Shown here: positions 1-13,000 of the stretch, in pieces | Numbering within the stretch: the stretch's first letter is position 1 | Layout: each line of letters begins with the position of its first letter | Origin: Cetorhinus maximus | Taxonomy: Eukaryota | Assembly (NCBI RefSeq): GCF_964194155.1 | Contig: NC_135899.1 | Span: 2,914,001-2,978,000 of the forward strand | Length of the DNA: 64,000 nucleotides | Direction of reading: 5' to 3' | Translations under genes and position numbers: made by a program | The notes under the pieces: model-generated | Told to the model about the DNA's origin: nothing | Database searches by the model: none | Seen by the model: only the letters and a program-made list of their open reading frames with translations

Positions 1-559
1 TTTCCCCGAAATTAAAAAGCTTTCATTAAAAATGACAATAAAAAATCAACGTACATTAGAAGTAACACAATTAATTGCTTCAAAGTTGGTTGATTGATCA
101 CATTAATAAATTCTTGTCACACATGCACATAGAAAATTTTGGCATGCTGTTTTAACAGTCACCAATTTAATTGAAGCAGTTTAAAATCTTAAAATGGCAA
201 ATCTGGGAATGTCATCCAAATGAGTTCACGCACAGGTTAAAGGCAGCACATCATTCAATTTCTGCTTTAATGTTGTTACTGAATAAAAAATAAAGCATTT
301 TCTTTACTTCTGTACCTTAACATTGAGGAAAGTACTTGAACTCAATCTGGTTTTGATTAAGTTGGAAACCACTTCTATTTAGCGATAGGCAATAAATGCT
401 GGCCTAGCCAGCGATGTCCACATCCCACGAACAAATACAAAAACAATCTGTGGTGTTCATTCATTGTGTGATTTATCACTTGAAATTTATTAAAATATAT
501 TTTGCATAATGCTGAGTGTTTCTAAAGTTAATTTAATGGAGGAAATTTAATTTAAGAAG

Positions 560-950
560 TTCTCCTTGGTTCATGGAAGGACAAGGGGAGATTTAACAGA
601 GGTGTTCAGAATTCTGGGGGTGCTAAGAGTATTTAGAGAGAAAATATTTCTACTGGCAGAAGGATCGGTAACTAGAGGACATGGAATTCATATAATTGGG
701 AAAAATTTCTGGGTGGTGTGTGAAGAGATTTTTTTTCAAATGCGTGTTGTGACCCGAAATGCACTGTCTGAAAAGGCGGTGGAAACAGTGTCAATAATAA
801 CATTCAAAAGGGAATGAATAAATGCTCAAAATAGAAACATTTGCAGAGCTGTCAGAGAAAAAAAATAATAATTGGTAGCTCTTTCAAAGAGCCAGCACAG
901 GCACGATGGGCCAAATGGCTTCCTTCTGCACTGCATGATGCTGTGATTTT
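560..950 (+). mobile_element. CR1 3' end fragment
   Basis: RGDLTEVFRIL...REKIF; 3' UTR gatgggccaaatggcttccttctgcactg. Confidence 0.75.
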
Positions 951-1869
951 AGGTGCTTTCAATTCACATCCTTTTTCCTTGCCACTCCTTTCCACCACCC
1001 ACCCCACTATCAACAATGAGAAGGATGCTAGACCTGGGGTATGCAAGATGATCAAACACTCCCAGATTCAAGGAATACTCATTTCACACCAGTAAAGATC
1101 ACTTCACTGTAACCCAATCACAGACACACAGCTCTAATTATATCAATTAATAAATGATAGGGAGTTTTCTGCTGTGCACTTGAGCCTGCAAGAGGCTAAA
1201 GTAGGCTAACCGAGATTAATTTTGCTTAGAATGGTAGAGAAGGAAGACCTTCATCCAATATCCAAGGCTGGAGTAAAGGCCCAGGACGTCATGGATAAAA
1301 ATGACAGGTCGGAAAACCACTGCCCCATCCACTTCCGCATGTTTACCCAGAGTTGTCAAAACAATGCTGCTGTCTTCAGATACACATTATGAACATGGCG
1401 TATAGGATTTACTCTCCATGCAATTGAGATGGACTAGCAATTTAGGGATACCCAAGCTTTTCATAGGTGCGCAGAATGGGTTTAAATCCTCACTCCCATG
1501 AGTCCGTATAAATTTCAGAGCTGCTGAAACCGAGAGGTCTTTGGAGGGGGAGGGGGGGAACCGAGTTCATATTCACCCACCAATTCTGTAACCGCACCAG
1601 CACCCTCATTCCAAAAGCTACAGGCTCACTCATTTCAACCAAGATGAATAATCACAAATGGGGCCAATCTGTCTAGGCTTAAGGGACCAGACAGCATGAC
1701 TTAGGCCCCACAGGATGCAATTTGGACAACTGCCTGGTATTCTGATAGAATGTAGACCAAGGACATCCATTAAGCTGCCATCATTTAAGTCATTCACCTT
1801 TAAGTCGGGCAGTCGACCATATTGGCCAAAAAGCATTAAATATTAACCATTTACATCATCAAGGAGGAA

Positions 1870-2270
1870 AGATTGGAGAAGTTGGGACTGTTTTCCTTGG
1901 AGAGGAGACTTGATAGGAGTTTTCAAAATCATGAGGGGTCTGAACAGAGTAGATAGGGAGAAATTGTTCCTGCTCGTAAACAGATCGAGAACAGAGCACA
2001 GTTTTAAAGTGTTTTCCAAAAGAAGCAAATGTGAGGTGAGAAAAAACTTTTTCACACAACAAGTAGTTAGGGGTTGGCGTGCACTGCCTGGAAGTGTTCA
2101 ATTGAGGCTTTCAAGAGGGCAATGGATGATTATTTAAATAGAAACAATGTGCAGGGTTAGGGGGGAAAAGGCTGGAAATTGGCACTAAGTTAAAACGCTC
2201 AGAGAGCCAGTGCAGGCATGATGGGCCGAATGGCCTCCTCCTGCACTGTAATAATTCTGTGATTGTGATC
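1870..2270 (+). mobile_element. CR1 3' end fragment
   Basis: VFKIMRGLNRVDREKLF...RKNFFTQQVV; 3' UTR with a ttctgtga tail. Confidence 0.8.
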
Positions 2271-3532
2271 AATTTTGAAAGCTGCCGGTGAGACCCATCT
2301 TGAGGGCTCCGTTCATTTCGGGTTGCGCTCAGGTCACTAATGCGCAGCTCAATGCAAGGAACAGACACCAAGTAAATAACATTTTGTTAATGTTCAATAA
2401 CCTTGTGTGTACTTAAACCCTTCCACTCCTCTCTAAGTGGGTGGAGGTTACAGTATGTACTGAGCTGTGACTGCAGTTTAAATAAAGCTGTAAGTCAGAG
2501 TGAAGCTGGAAACAACTGGGTAAGTGACACAGGAGCATTCTTGTTATAACGTACTTGGATGGTGTTGCCACATTTATACTGGCGATCTCACAGAGCAAGG
2601 AAGTAGAGTTTCCGCACAAACCTGCTAGAAACACTGGGGGCAGTGCATAAATTTTTTTCTCCATAAGTTCATACAGAGAACAGAATTCTAAAGCTGTACA
2701 ATATCTCCATCAACAAAATACAGACTCAATGGATGCATCCCCACTGTCCACCCCCACGACATTCCCACCACATCACTGAGTCATAAAGACAAGGAGGTCC
2801 CAGAGAGCGGTGAGAATGTGCAACACGCTACCAGTGGTTGATCAGAATGACATAGATACATTTAAGGGGAAAACTAGATAAGTACATCAGGGATAAAGCA
2901 CTGGAAGGTTATACTGATAGAGCAAGACAAGATAGAAGGCAAGACAAGACAGAAGTAGTGTAGGAGGAGGCTCATGCTGAGCATAAACACCAGCATTGGG
3001 CAGAAATTGTGAATGGTCTGTTTCTGTGTTGTAAAATTCAATGTAGTTTGATCTCTGATCTGGGCTGAAATGTCTGGTCTATGCCCCTGGACTGTGGGCT
3101 TGGGGTGTCGGGGGGCATGGTTTAGCAGACATAAAAATGAACTGTGCTTCTCGCTACTCATTGCTCGTCAGTTTTCCTAACTGGAGGAGGCCTTCTCTTG
3201 CCCGCCGTGTTTGTGCTGGTGTTTTGCTACAACCCACCCTGGTCAAACAGCCTTGCCAACACACTCTCTGGAATCACAGATGAAGGATGGAGCTTCTATT
3301 GGGCAAGCTCACTGGCCACTAATGGGACCTCCATTTCCCACCCCCAGCGAGAATCAGCACTTGTCGGCAGAGAATTTCAGTGGGAAGATGAAACCTGACG
3401 TGGGGCCGGGGACGGGGGAGAGGGCAGCAGGAGCTGTAGGAGGCGAAGTGAGGAAAAGCACCGAATACCCATCTAAGAAGCTGCAGGTTGAACTAGTCCC
3501 TGACAAGCAATTCCCAGCTCTGGACAGATTAT

Positions 3533-4071
3533 TCACAAGTACAGGTGCTGTATCCTCAGCATCCCATTATTGCTCTTGGTCACCTTCAAGCCTGGGTAAA
3601 AGAAAGGATAGACCTTCTCAGTGAAGGTAGCATGGAACGTGAAGAGGTGAGAAAAGAGATCCGCATCATAGAAGGAAACCCTTCCTCCTTCGTAGTCCAG
3701 GTAAACTCCAATCCGGGTGGGATTGCCCTTCACCTCAATCGCTTTCGGGTGGAATAGAAAAGCTCCAAAGTTGTCCTTCTCTCTGTATATGGTCCAGTAC
3801 CCATGCTTGGGAGACTGCCGGAGGTCACCCTTGCGGTTGATAGACTCCTTAGCGATGCCCAGGCTCCAATCTTTGCCGTCCCCCACATCCACTTGCCAGT
3901 AATGCTTCCCTGACATGAAGCCATCCGAGCCCAGGATGAAGGCAGCAACGTCGAACCTCTCCGGGGTGTCAGGGACCACCTTGGGCTTCTCGCTGTACCT
4001 CACTCTGGTCGGGCCACAGAGGGAGAGGTGGGAACAGGCAGTGGCAGGGTTGAAGGTCAGATTTGAAAGAC
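3533..4071 (-). CDS. TRIM coding exon 7 (PRY/SPRY, B30.2 domain)
   Basis: LTFNPATA...PERFD...GKHYWQVDV...WSLGI...RIGVYLDYEGGRVSFY...FTEKVYPFF; ttacag| acceptor; stop at 3533-3535. Confidence 0.93.
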
Positions 4072-7000
4072 CTGTAACGATTACTCAACATTAAAACATA
4101 TCAAGACAGGCAAACATGAACAAAAAATTAAAATGAGTTGCTTCTCTGCTGTCTGCTTTAACAATACCAATCTGGACATGTTTATATATAATCTAAAAGA
4201 AAGACATTTTTAGACATTTATTCAGCACCTTTCACAACTTTAGTACAAGGCAAACTGCTTTTCAGCCATTAAATACGTTCCTCATTGCACCGTAACTCGC
4301 TAAGGAAACAAAGGTGATATGAAGAGATTTTTCTTTTTGGCAGAGAATGGTTAGGATCTAGAATGCACTGTCTGAGAGTGTGGTGGAGACAGAGTCAATC
4401 GAGTGGTTAGGGTCTGGAATGCATTGCCTGAGAGTGTGGTGGAGACAGGGTCAATCGAGTGGTTAGGATCTGGAATGCACTGTCTGACAGTGTGGTGGAG
4501 ACAGGGTCAATCGAGTGGTTAGGACCTGGAATGCACTGTCTGAGTGTGTGGTGGAGACAGGGTCAATCGAGTGGTTAGGATCTGGAATGCACTGTCTGAG
4601 AGTGTGGTGGAGACAGGGCCAATCGAGTGGTTAGGGTCTGGAATGCACTGCCTGAGAGTGTGGTGGAGACAGGGTCAATCGAGTGGTTAGGATCTGGAAT
4701 GCACTGTCTGAGAGTGTGGTGGAGACAGGGTCAATCGAGTGGTTAGGGTCTGGAATGCACTGTCTGAGAGTGTGGTGGAGACAGGGTCAATCGAGTGGTT
4801 AGGGTCTGGAATGCACTGTCTGAGAGTGTGGTGGAGACAGGGTCAGTTGAGTGGTTAGGATCTGGAATGCACTGTCTGAGAGTGTGGTGGAGACAGGGTC
4901 AATCGAGTGGTTAGGATCTGGAATGCACTGCCTGAGAGTGTGGTGGAGACAGGGTCAATCGAGTGGTTAGGGTCTGGAATGCACTGTCTGAGAGTGTGGT
5001 GGAGACAGGGTCAATCGAGTGGTTAGGGTCTGGAATGCACTGTCTGAGAGTGTGGTGGAGACAGGGTCAGTTGAGTGGTTAGGATCTGGAATGCACTGTC
5101 TGAGAGTGTGGTGGAGACAGGGTCAGTTGAGTGGTTAGGATCTGGAATGCACTGTCTGAGAGTGTGGTGGAGACAGGGTCAATCGAGTGGTTAGGATCTG
5201 GAATGCACTGCCTGAGAGTGTGGTGGAGACAGGGTCAATCGAGTGGTTAGGGTCTGGAATGCACTGTCTGAGAGTGTGGTGGAGACAGGGTCAATTAGGA
5301 CTCTGAAAAGAAAACTGGATCATCATCCGAAGAGAAAAATTTTGTAGGGCCATGGAGAAAAGGCAGCGGGGTGGATGTAGGTGAACTGCTCTTGCAGAAG
5401 ATTGGCACAGACATGACAGGCCAAATAGCCTCCCTCTGTGCTGTAAATATTCTATGATTCTGTGAAGTGTAGTCACTAACATGCACACTGCTCGCTCCAA
5501 CAACAGCAATGGAATAATCACCAGACTTTATGATGTTGATTGAAAGAGAAATGTTACCAAAAGCATAATTGAGAACTACCCTGTTCTTCCAAATAGTGCC
5601 CTGGATTGTTTTGTATCCCCTCCTTCCCAGCCCAAAAGGCCAGACCGTGTCACGTTCAATGTCTCATCTGAAAGACAACGCATCCAACATTGCAGCGCTC
5701 CCCCAGAACGGCACTGGCACTGCCAGCCTAGCTTGTGCTCACGGCTCTGCAGCAGAACTTGAACCCACAGCTTTGTGACGCACAGGCAGGAGTGCTACCC
5801 ACTGAGCCACAGCTGAAGGGAAACTGCTCTTGTTAGAGTGCAAGCCCCAGCCAGTCTCCATTACTCTTAACTCACCCCCCCCCACCCCCCCCGCAAACAG
5901 CAGATTATCCAAACTGGGGGCAAGACAAACAAATTCAAAGCCCAGCCTCACTAGCCTTGCACTGGGTCAGGAAGCGGCCATTCAGCCCCTCGAGTCTGTT
6001 TTGCCAATCAATTGGATCATGGCTGACCTGTATCTTAACTGTGTCTAATTTTAAGGCCATGCACCCAGCCCTTGTTCTGGAGTGGCCCTGCCAGAGGAAA
6101 CATCGTACCTACCCCATTTAACCCTTTAATTATCTTAAACATGTCAGTCCCTTTACAGCAGAGGCCACAGGGCAGGAACACTCACACAGATTTTCATTCT
6201 GTTAATTTCAAGAGAATTAAAATCAAGAAGGTTTTATAAAGGACAGGTGACCTGCTTCCCCAACACTGCACTCCCCGCCCCAGCCCCAGGGCTAGATGAC
6301 TGCCCCAGACGATAAAGATGAAATCTACCCCATTGAGTCACCTGGGTCTAAGATCTTGAACATATTCTTCCAAGTCCAGTACTGCAGTGGACCCAGATAG
6401 TTCTCTGGCTTCACCTTCACAGATATGTTCTCCAAGGGAGGCACACAAACCTTCACTCTACAGTTTTAAAAAAAAGGTGAAAGAAAAGAAAGTTAGAACC
6501 ATTTCTTTACTGGCAGTATAGTACTGGTGGCCGAAAACTTCACTGGCCCAGTAGAAAGTAAGTAGGCTAAACCAATACACCCATTGGAGATGCAACTGTT
6601 TACTAGGATGTGACTCGGGATGGAAGACGAGTTATAAGAAGAGGTTGGAAAAGCTCCGACTGTCCTCCTTGGGACAGAGGCGGCCAAGGAAGTGACCAAA
6701 TGGAGGATTTCAAGATGTTGAGAGATTTTCATCGACTAGATAAAGAAACACTATTTCCCCCTGACAAGTGGGTCCATAACCAGAGGCTCTAGATTTAATA
6801 TAATTGGCAAAAGGTCTAGAGAGATAGGTGAGGAGAAATGTTTTTGTATTATAAGTCACTGCACCTCAAAAGTAATGCAATGACTGCAAAACACTTTGTG
6901 ACAGCCCTGAAGTTTCGAAAGGCACTTTATAAATGTAAATTTTTTCCTTCTAAATCATTTATTTGTCCTCATCACTTCTATTTGGAAAGAACGAGTGTTG

Positions 7001-10000
7001 TGTCTTTGTGAGGAATGTATAGTAACAGAATTGTGTGGCAGCAAGTTACATTTTAAAACCCTAGGACGTATGTCACCAGCTCCAGGTGATTTGTCAGCTT
7101 TTAGTGTTTAACATGTCTGCCACTTGCTGATTCCCCATTACAATTTCTCCTGTCCCTGCCTCTAAGGTTTACTTTTGCTAATCTCTTCCTTTTAACATAA
7201 TTATAAAATAGTATATTTTAAAATATTTCTTGCTAGTTTACCCTCATATTTGATTTACTCTCTACAATTTCTTGGTCATCCTTGGCTGATTTGCAAAAGA
7301 ACCTTCCCGTTTCTCAAGCTTACTACTCTTTTTGGCAACCTTGTAAACCTCTTCTTTTAACATTTAACTCATGGGATGGGAATAGAAGCACATGGGTGGA
7401 TTTATTACGTTGCTTTTGAATGGGCTGCATGCTTTCAATAGTTTAACTGAGGAATCATTTTACTGAATAACAAGATTGCTAAACAAAGATTATGTAAGGT
7501 GGTATGCAGGTGTACCATTGGAAATATGTCAGCTCCATGCCATGGGCTTCCTTTCTATCCATGGCTCTCCCTCTCTCTAGCGTTCTCTCTCCCTCTCTTA
7601 TTTCTCCCATGGCAGTCACTTCTAATCAAACATGTTCATTACTTTTCTTGTGAGCGGTGTTTCTTAATGAATTTTTGTAAGGGGAACGGTGGTGTAATGG
7701 TTTATGGAATGGGGACTTCAATTCTTGGGATCTTCAAAAAGTTTAAGGAACATCGGTTCAATTTAAGTGATTTTATTGCCTCGTCGATTATTTTAAATGC
7801 ATTGAAATAGTTTTAATTTTAATGGGGATAGAATTCCTGCTTTTCATCAACCCTTTGTGTGATAAAGTGCTTCCGGACATCACCCACTAAACGACCTAGC
7901 TCTAGTTGTTTTTTAATATAAAGTTTTTAATATAAATTTAATCAGTTAGATTTTTGTGATGTTATTTTTCTTTTCATTGTTAGTTATTCCATTTGTGATT
8001 TTTAATGAATAATGAATTTCAAAATTAACAACATTTGAATTGAAATTATCTAGCTAGCAATGATTGTCCACTTTTCCAGTGTTGTTATTATTCCTCCAGG
8101 GATTGCATATTCATCGAGAATTATTATTTCTTTTTAAAGCACCTTTTAGAGCATCTTTCCTGACCCACTGGATATCCAAAAGCACTTTGCAGCCACTGAA
8201 GTATTTTTGAACATGACTATTGTATTGTAGGAAACACGGCAGCCAATTTGCGTACAGCAAGCTCCCACAAAATGCAATGTGATAATGAGCAAACAAAATG
8301 TCTTGGTGATGTTGACTGAGGGATAAATATTGGCAAGAACACAGGGAATGACTGCCCTGTTCAAAATACTGCCACGGGATCTTTTACATCCACCTGAGGG
8401 GGCAGGCGGGACTTTGGTTTAACGTCTCATCTGAAAGATGGCTTCTCCTGCAGTGTAGAATTCCCTCAGTATTACACGGGAGAGTCAGCTTAGGTTGTTG
8501 CACTCAAGTCCTGGAGTGGGATTTTTGAACTCAACTTGGCTACTCAGAGGAAAGCATGCTACCAGCCGAGTCACAACTGACACATTATAAATCATTTCTT
8601 GAAATATTTGTCATAACTTACCTATTGTCGTATCTTTGATCTAACTTCCCAGTCTTGACCCTCATACGGTCTTTTTTAAAATTTAAGACCCTAGTTTAGG
8701 CCTTAACCACATCACTCTCAAACTCAATATGAAATTCTATCAATATTATAATAATTTTTCCCCAGAAAATCCAAAACTATAGGTTACTAATTCACACCTT
8801 TTCAGATATAAGTACATCTAAAAATACCCTGTTTCTTAATTGGCTCCTCAAAACGTTGTCTAGAAAATGGTCTCAGATGCATTTATCCTCAAGGTTACTT
8901 TTGCCAATTTGGTTTGTCCAATTTACAAGATTGAAGTACCAGTTGTACCATTATCCTTGTTGTATGCTCCAACAATTTCCTAATTTAAACTCTGCCATAA
9001 CTACAAAAACTCTTAGGGATCCTCTCTCACTACTGACCTTATCTTCCCCCTATCTGGGCTACCCCAGCCTCCTTTTCCAATTTTTCCTATCTGTTCTAAA
9101 AGTCAGGTACCTTAGAAATTATTGCATAAACGAGAAGCCAGCATATAGAAATAAAAGTTGTTGAAATCCCTGGGTCTTCTGTTCTTTACCCAAATATTGG
9201 CCTGCTTACGAGTGTACCATTGAACATGAGAGAATACCTTGTGTAAAACCCAAGCTATTTTTTCACTGCTTACAGCTGCCCCATTGACTGTGTATTCCCC
9301 ATCATAACATCATCTTGTCCCCCATTGGTAGCTTTATGAAGTATCTGCATGGACAGTTAAAGAGTAAAGCAGTAAAACTATCTAACTGAACACTAATAAA
9401 CCGAGACTCATTGCTTGTGGTGCTTTAACATGCAGTAGCATGGTTAGAATTCATTACCTCTTCTGTGTTTCTTTCAGATTCTGTGAAAACAAAAAAAATA
9501 GAAATTAGAGTATTATTACACAAGACCCAATTTTCCTGCAAAAGGGAAATCAAGTCAATGTGAAGGAATTTTATATCAGACATGCCATAAATTAATTCAA
9601 AAATAGGGTATGTGAATGTCACTGCCAAGGCCTATAAATTGCACCCATCCAGCTGTAACAACTGTGTGGTTTGCTAGGCCATTTCAGAAGGCAGTTGAGA
9701 GTCGACCATATTGCTGTGGATCAGGAGTCAAATATAGGCCAGACATGGTAAGGATGGCCGATTTCCTTCCCTAAAGGTATATATTAAATCAGATAGTTTT
9801 CTTTTTGTTAAAAGCAATCCATTAGTTTTCATGGTCATGTTTACTGATTCTAGCTTTTTAATTCCAGATTTATTTAAATGAGTCGAATTTAAATATCCCC
9901 CATCTAAACTCACGTCTCTGCATCATGCCTTTCGATTACTTGTCCAGTAATGTAACCACTACCCAGATTCTTTGTTCCAACACTTTGCAAGCTTCCATCT

Positions 10001-13000
10001 GCAGGCTAGGTGCACAGCATATATAGCACCAAAATAGGGCATTCAGCAAAAACAGCTCCATGCCAATGTTAATGCTCCACGTGAGACCCCTCCCAATGTT
10101 CTTCATTTAATCCTACCAGCATATCCTTCGATTTTTTTTCTCCCTCACTTCCTTATCTAACATCCCTCTAAATGCATCTGTGCTATTCACCTCGATGACC
10201 CTCTGCAGTGAAAAGTTCCACATTCTAGCACTCTGAATTCCCTACTGGAGTTATTAACATTCATCTTACATTTACGGTTCTGGTATCGCCCGCAAGCAGA
10301 CCCAGCTCCATACTGACCTTATCAAACCCTTTCATAATCTTAGTCATCCCTCAGTCCTCTTTTTTTTTAGGGTAAGAAAGCCCCAGCCTGTTCAATTTTT
10401 TCTGATGGGTACAACATCCCAATTCACACAAAATGGCAAGGTTTCTGCAAGGTGAACTGACTAATGAAGTTCGGTCGTATTTAATGTAGACATAAAAGGC
10501 CCCAGGGGCGCCTCATCAGGTAGGGACATACATTCATGGCAGTAAAGTTAGAGATTTGAGCCCCTTTGTCTACCCAGAGTTAGCCAATATCAGCCAAGCT
10601 GTAACAGTACCTGAGGTAAGCAAAGAAACGTATGGTGTGGGAGGTGCAGGTGGAGGAGGATGCACAGGACTGTGTTACCACACCTACTCGCTGTGCTGAG
10701 GAGCAGACTGGAATCCACTGTGATGCCCATTACAGTTGAATATCTAGCTACAGAATCACAGAATACACAACACAAAAACAGACCTCTTGGCTAATCAGGA
10801 GGTCTTCTTTAGCCAGAATTCCTTGATTGGATTCTTTAGTGACCCCCCCCTACATTGTTAGCCCCTAGTTTCCAATTACCCACAAGGGTAAAGAATGGCC
10901 CCTTGTGAGAGATGGAGAGGAGATGGTTGGCACCAATGGCATTGCACTTCAGTACAACATGGTGCCAGTCTGAGTTTGCAATGACCAATGACAACCAGCT
11001 AGATAGAATCTTCCACAGTGGTGTGATAAAATGGGGACTGATTTACTAGTAGAAAGGTAATGTTGTCCTGCTGGTTTATTTCCTCCTCCATGGCCTTGAT
11101 GCTGGCATCCAGTGAAGACAAATCCCTGGGAATTTGATCGATCTGCCGCTGTAACTGCGAGCTCTGTTGGTTCACCTCCTCCTTCAGGTGCTGAAGCAGA
11201 ACAGACTCTTCCCTGTAAAGGAAACTGTGCAGTTCCTCAAAGCTTTTCTTGATGCTGTCCACTATATTCTGGGTTGAATTCTAGGACCAAGCAAATAAAT
11301 GCAGTTAGAAAGTTTCATCTTAAAGACACACACACGCAGGCAGACAGACACACATACAGGCACAGGATTCCCAGTCAAAAACATCACCTGCTTCTAAAGT
11401 ACTCCTGGCTGTGACTGACTCTCCCAAAGCTGGTGTCATTATCAGTTTCTTTAAAAATAAAAATCTTCCAACTAAATACAGGGAAGATCAAATCTATTGT
11501 CCTCAGTTCCCACCATAAACTCCATTCCCTAGCCACTGACTCCATTCCTAGGAACTGTCTGAGGCCGGACCAGACTGTTTGCAACATTGGCGTCCTATTT
11601 GACCCCCAGCTGAGCTTCCAAGCACATCTCCACTCCATTACCAAGGCTGTAAACTTCCAACTCAATAATAATCAGCCATCTTCCCACCCGCTCAACACAC
11701 CTGCTGCTGAAACCCTCACCCACAATTTTGTTAATGTCAGACTCGATTATTCCAATGCTTTCCTGGCTGAACTCCCAACTTTCAATCTCCATAAACTTGA
11801 AACTCATCTAAAACTCTGATGCCCATATCCTAACTCGCAGCAAGTTCTGTTCACCCATCACCCTTGTACTCACTGACCTACATCGGCTTCTAGTCTCCAA
11901 AAAACAACTCAATTCAAAATTTCTTATCCTCATGTCCAAGTCCTTCCACCACCTCATCCTTCCACCATCACTGTCACCCCTCCAGGCCTACAACCCTGCA
12001 AGTACACCGTGTTCCTCCAACTCTAGCCTCTTGTCCATCCCCGATTTTCATCACTCACCACTAGTGGCCATGCCTTCAGCCGCCTGGACCCCACGGCTCT
12101 GGAATTCCTTCCCTCATCTTCCCGTCCTCTGTCTTATCCTTTAATTCGCTCCTCGAAGCCTACTTCTTTGACCAAATTTTGGCCCACCCATCCCCTCCTT
12201 TTAATGTCAATTTTTGTCTGGTAACACCCCTATGTATGTGTCCGTGACAACCTGGATCGTTTTACTACATTAAGGACACTATACAAATGCAGATTGTTGT
12301 TGTAGCACATGGAAAAGAACAGGATTATACTCGGCTAAAACGTTCCTCCCCTGGTCCAAGAGTCTGGTGACACTCACTGCTTTGGTTCACATTAAGAATG
12401 GCCACTTGGGTGAGACACTGGAGATCTGTTGGCAACATGAGCCTTACACCCCAGTGTATAACAGATGTAAAGCAGGGGAACATAGTGCATTTCTGCCAAC
12501 AATCAATATCTCCTCTCATTATCATCCAGTTCGGTAAATTAGTCACACACAATTTAGATTTAGATAGCAGCTTCAATAAAGGAAAATGCCCTAATGGGCT
12601 TTATAGAGGACAAACAGATGTCAAGTGACAGAAGAGTTGCGAGAGATTGCTGAAAGCACAACCGAAGCATTTGTTTTTTTTTTGAGGAGAATTTAAAGGT
12701 GAAGAGCGAGATGCTGCAAGGTGGGAGGGAATTGCGAGAGGTTAGTGGCAAGTTGGCTGAAAGCTCCTATGGAGGAGTGGAGGAAGTGCGTTGTACATCT
12801 TGGAGACTAAGAGGCTGACAGGCAGAGGCTGGGACAGGACCACAGAAATCTGTAAATCATTTGGCATCTTGCGGAGACAGGAAGCTAATGGAGAGCAGTG
12901 AGTATTTGGCACAATGGACGAGTGGGTCTTACTACAGAACAGGAATAAGGCAGCAAAGATTTTGGATGCATTGGGAGCTTGTGTAGGGTGGAGCGGGTAA

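Noticed and set aside
2625-2648. CTCF-like motif aacactgggggcagtg downstream of the TRIM gene
   Set aside because: A single weak match with no internal conservation evidence.
3144-3757. Plus-strand ORFs overlapping the TRIM last exon and 3' UTR
   Set aside because: No domain similarity; antisense or UTR noise.
4345-5296. Regular repeat array as a possible CRISPR
   Set aside because: No unique spacers, eukaryotic context, and the unit is CR1-derived.
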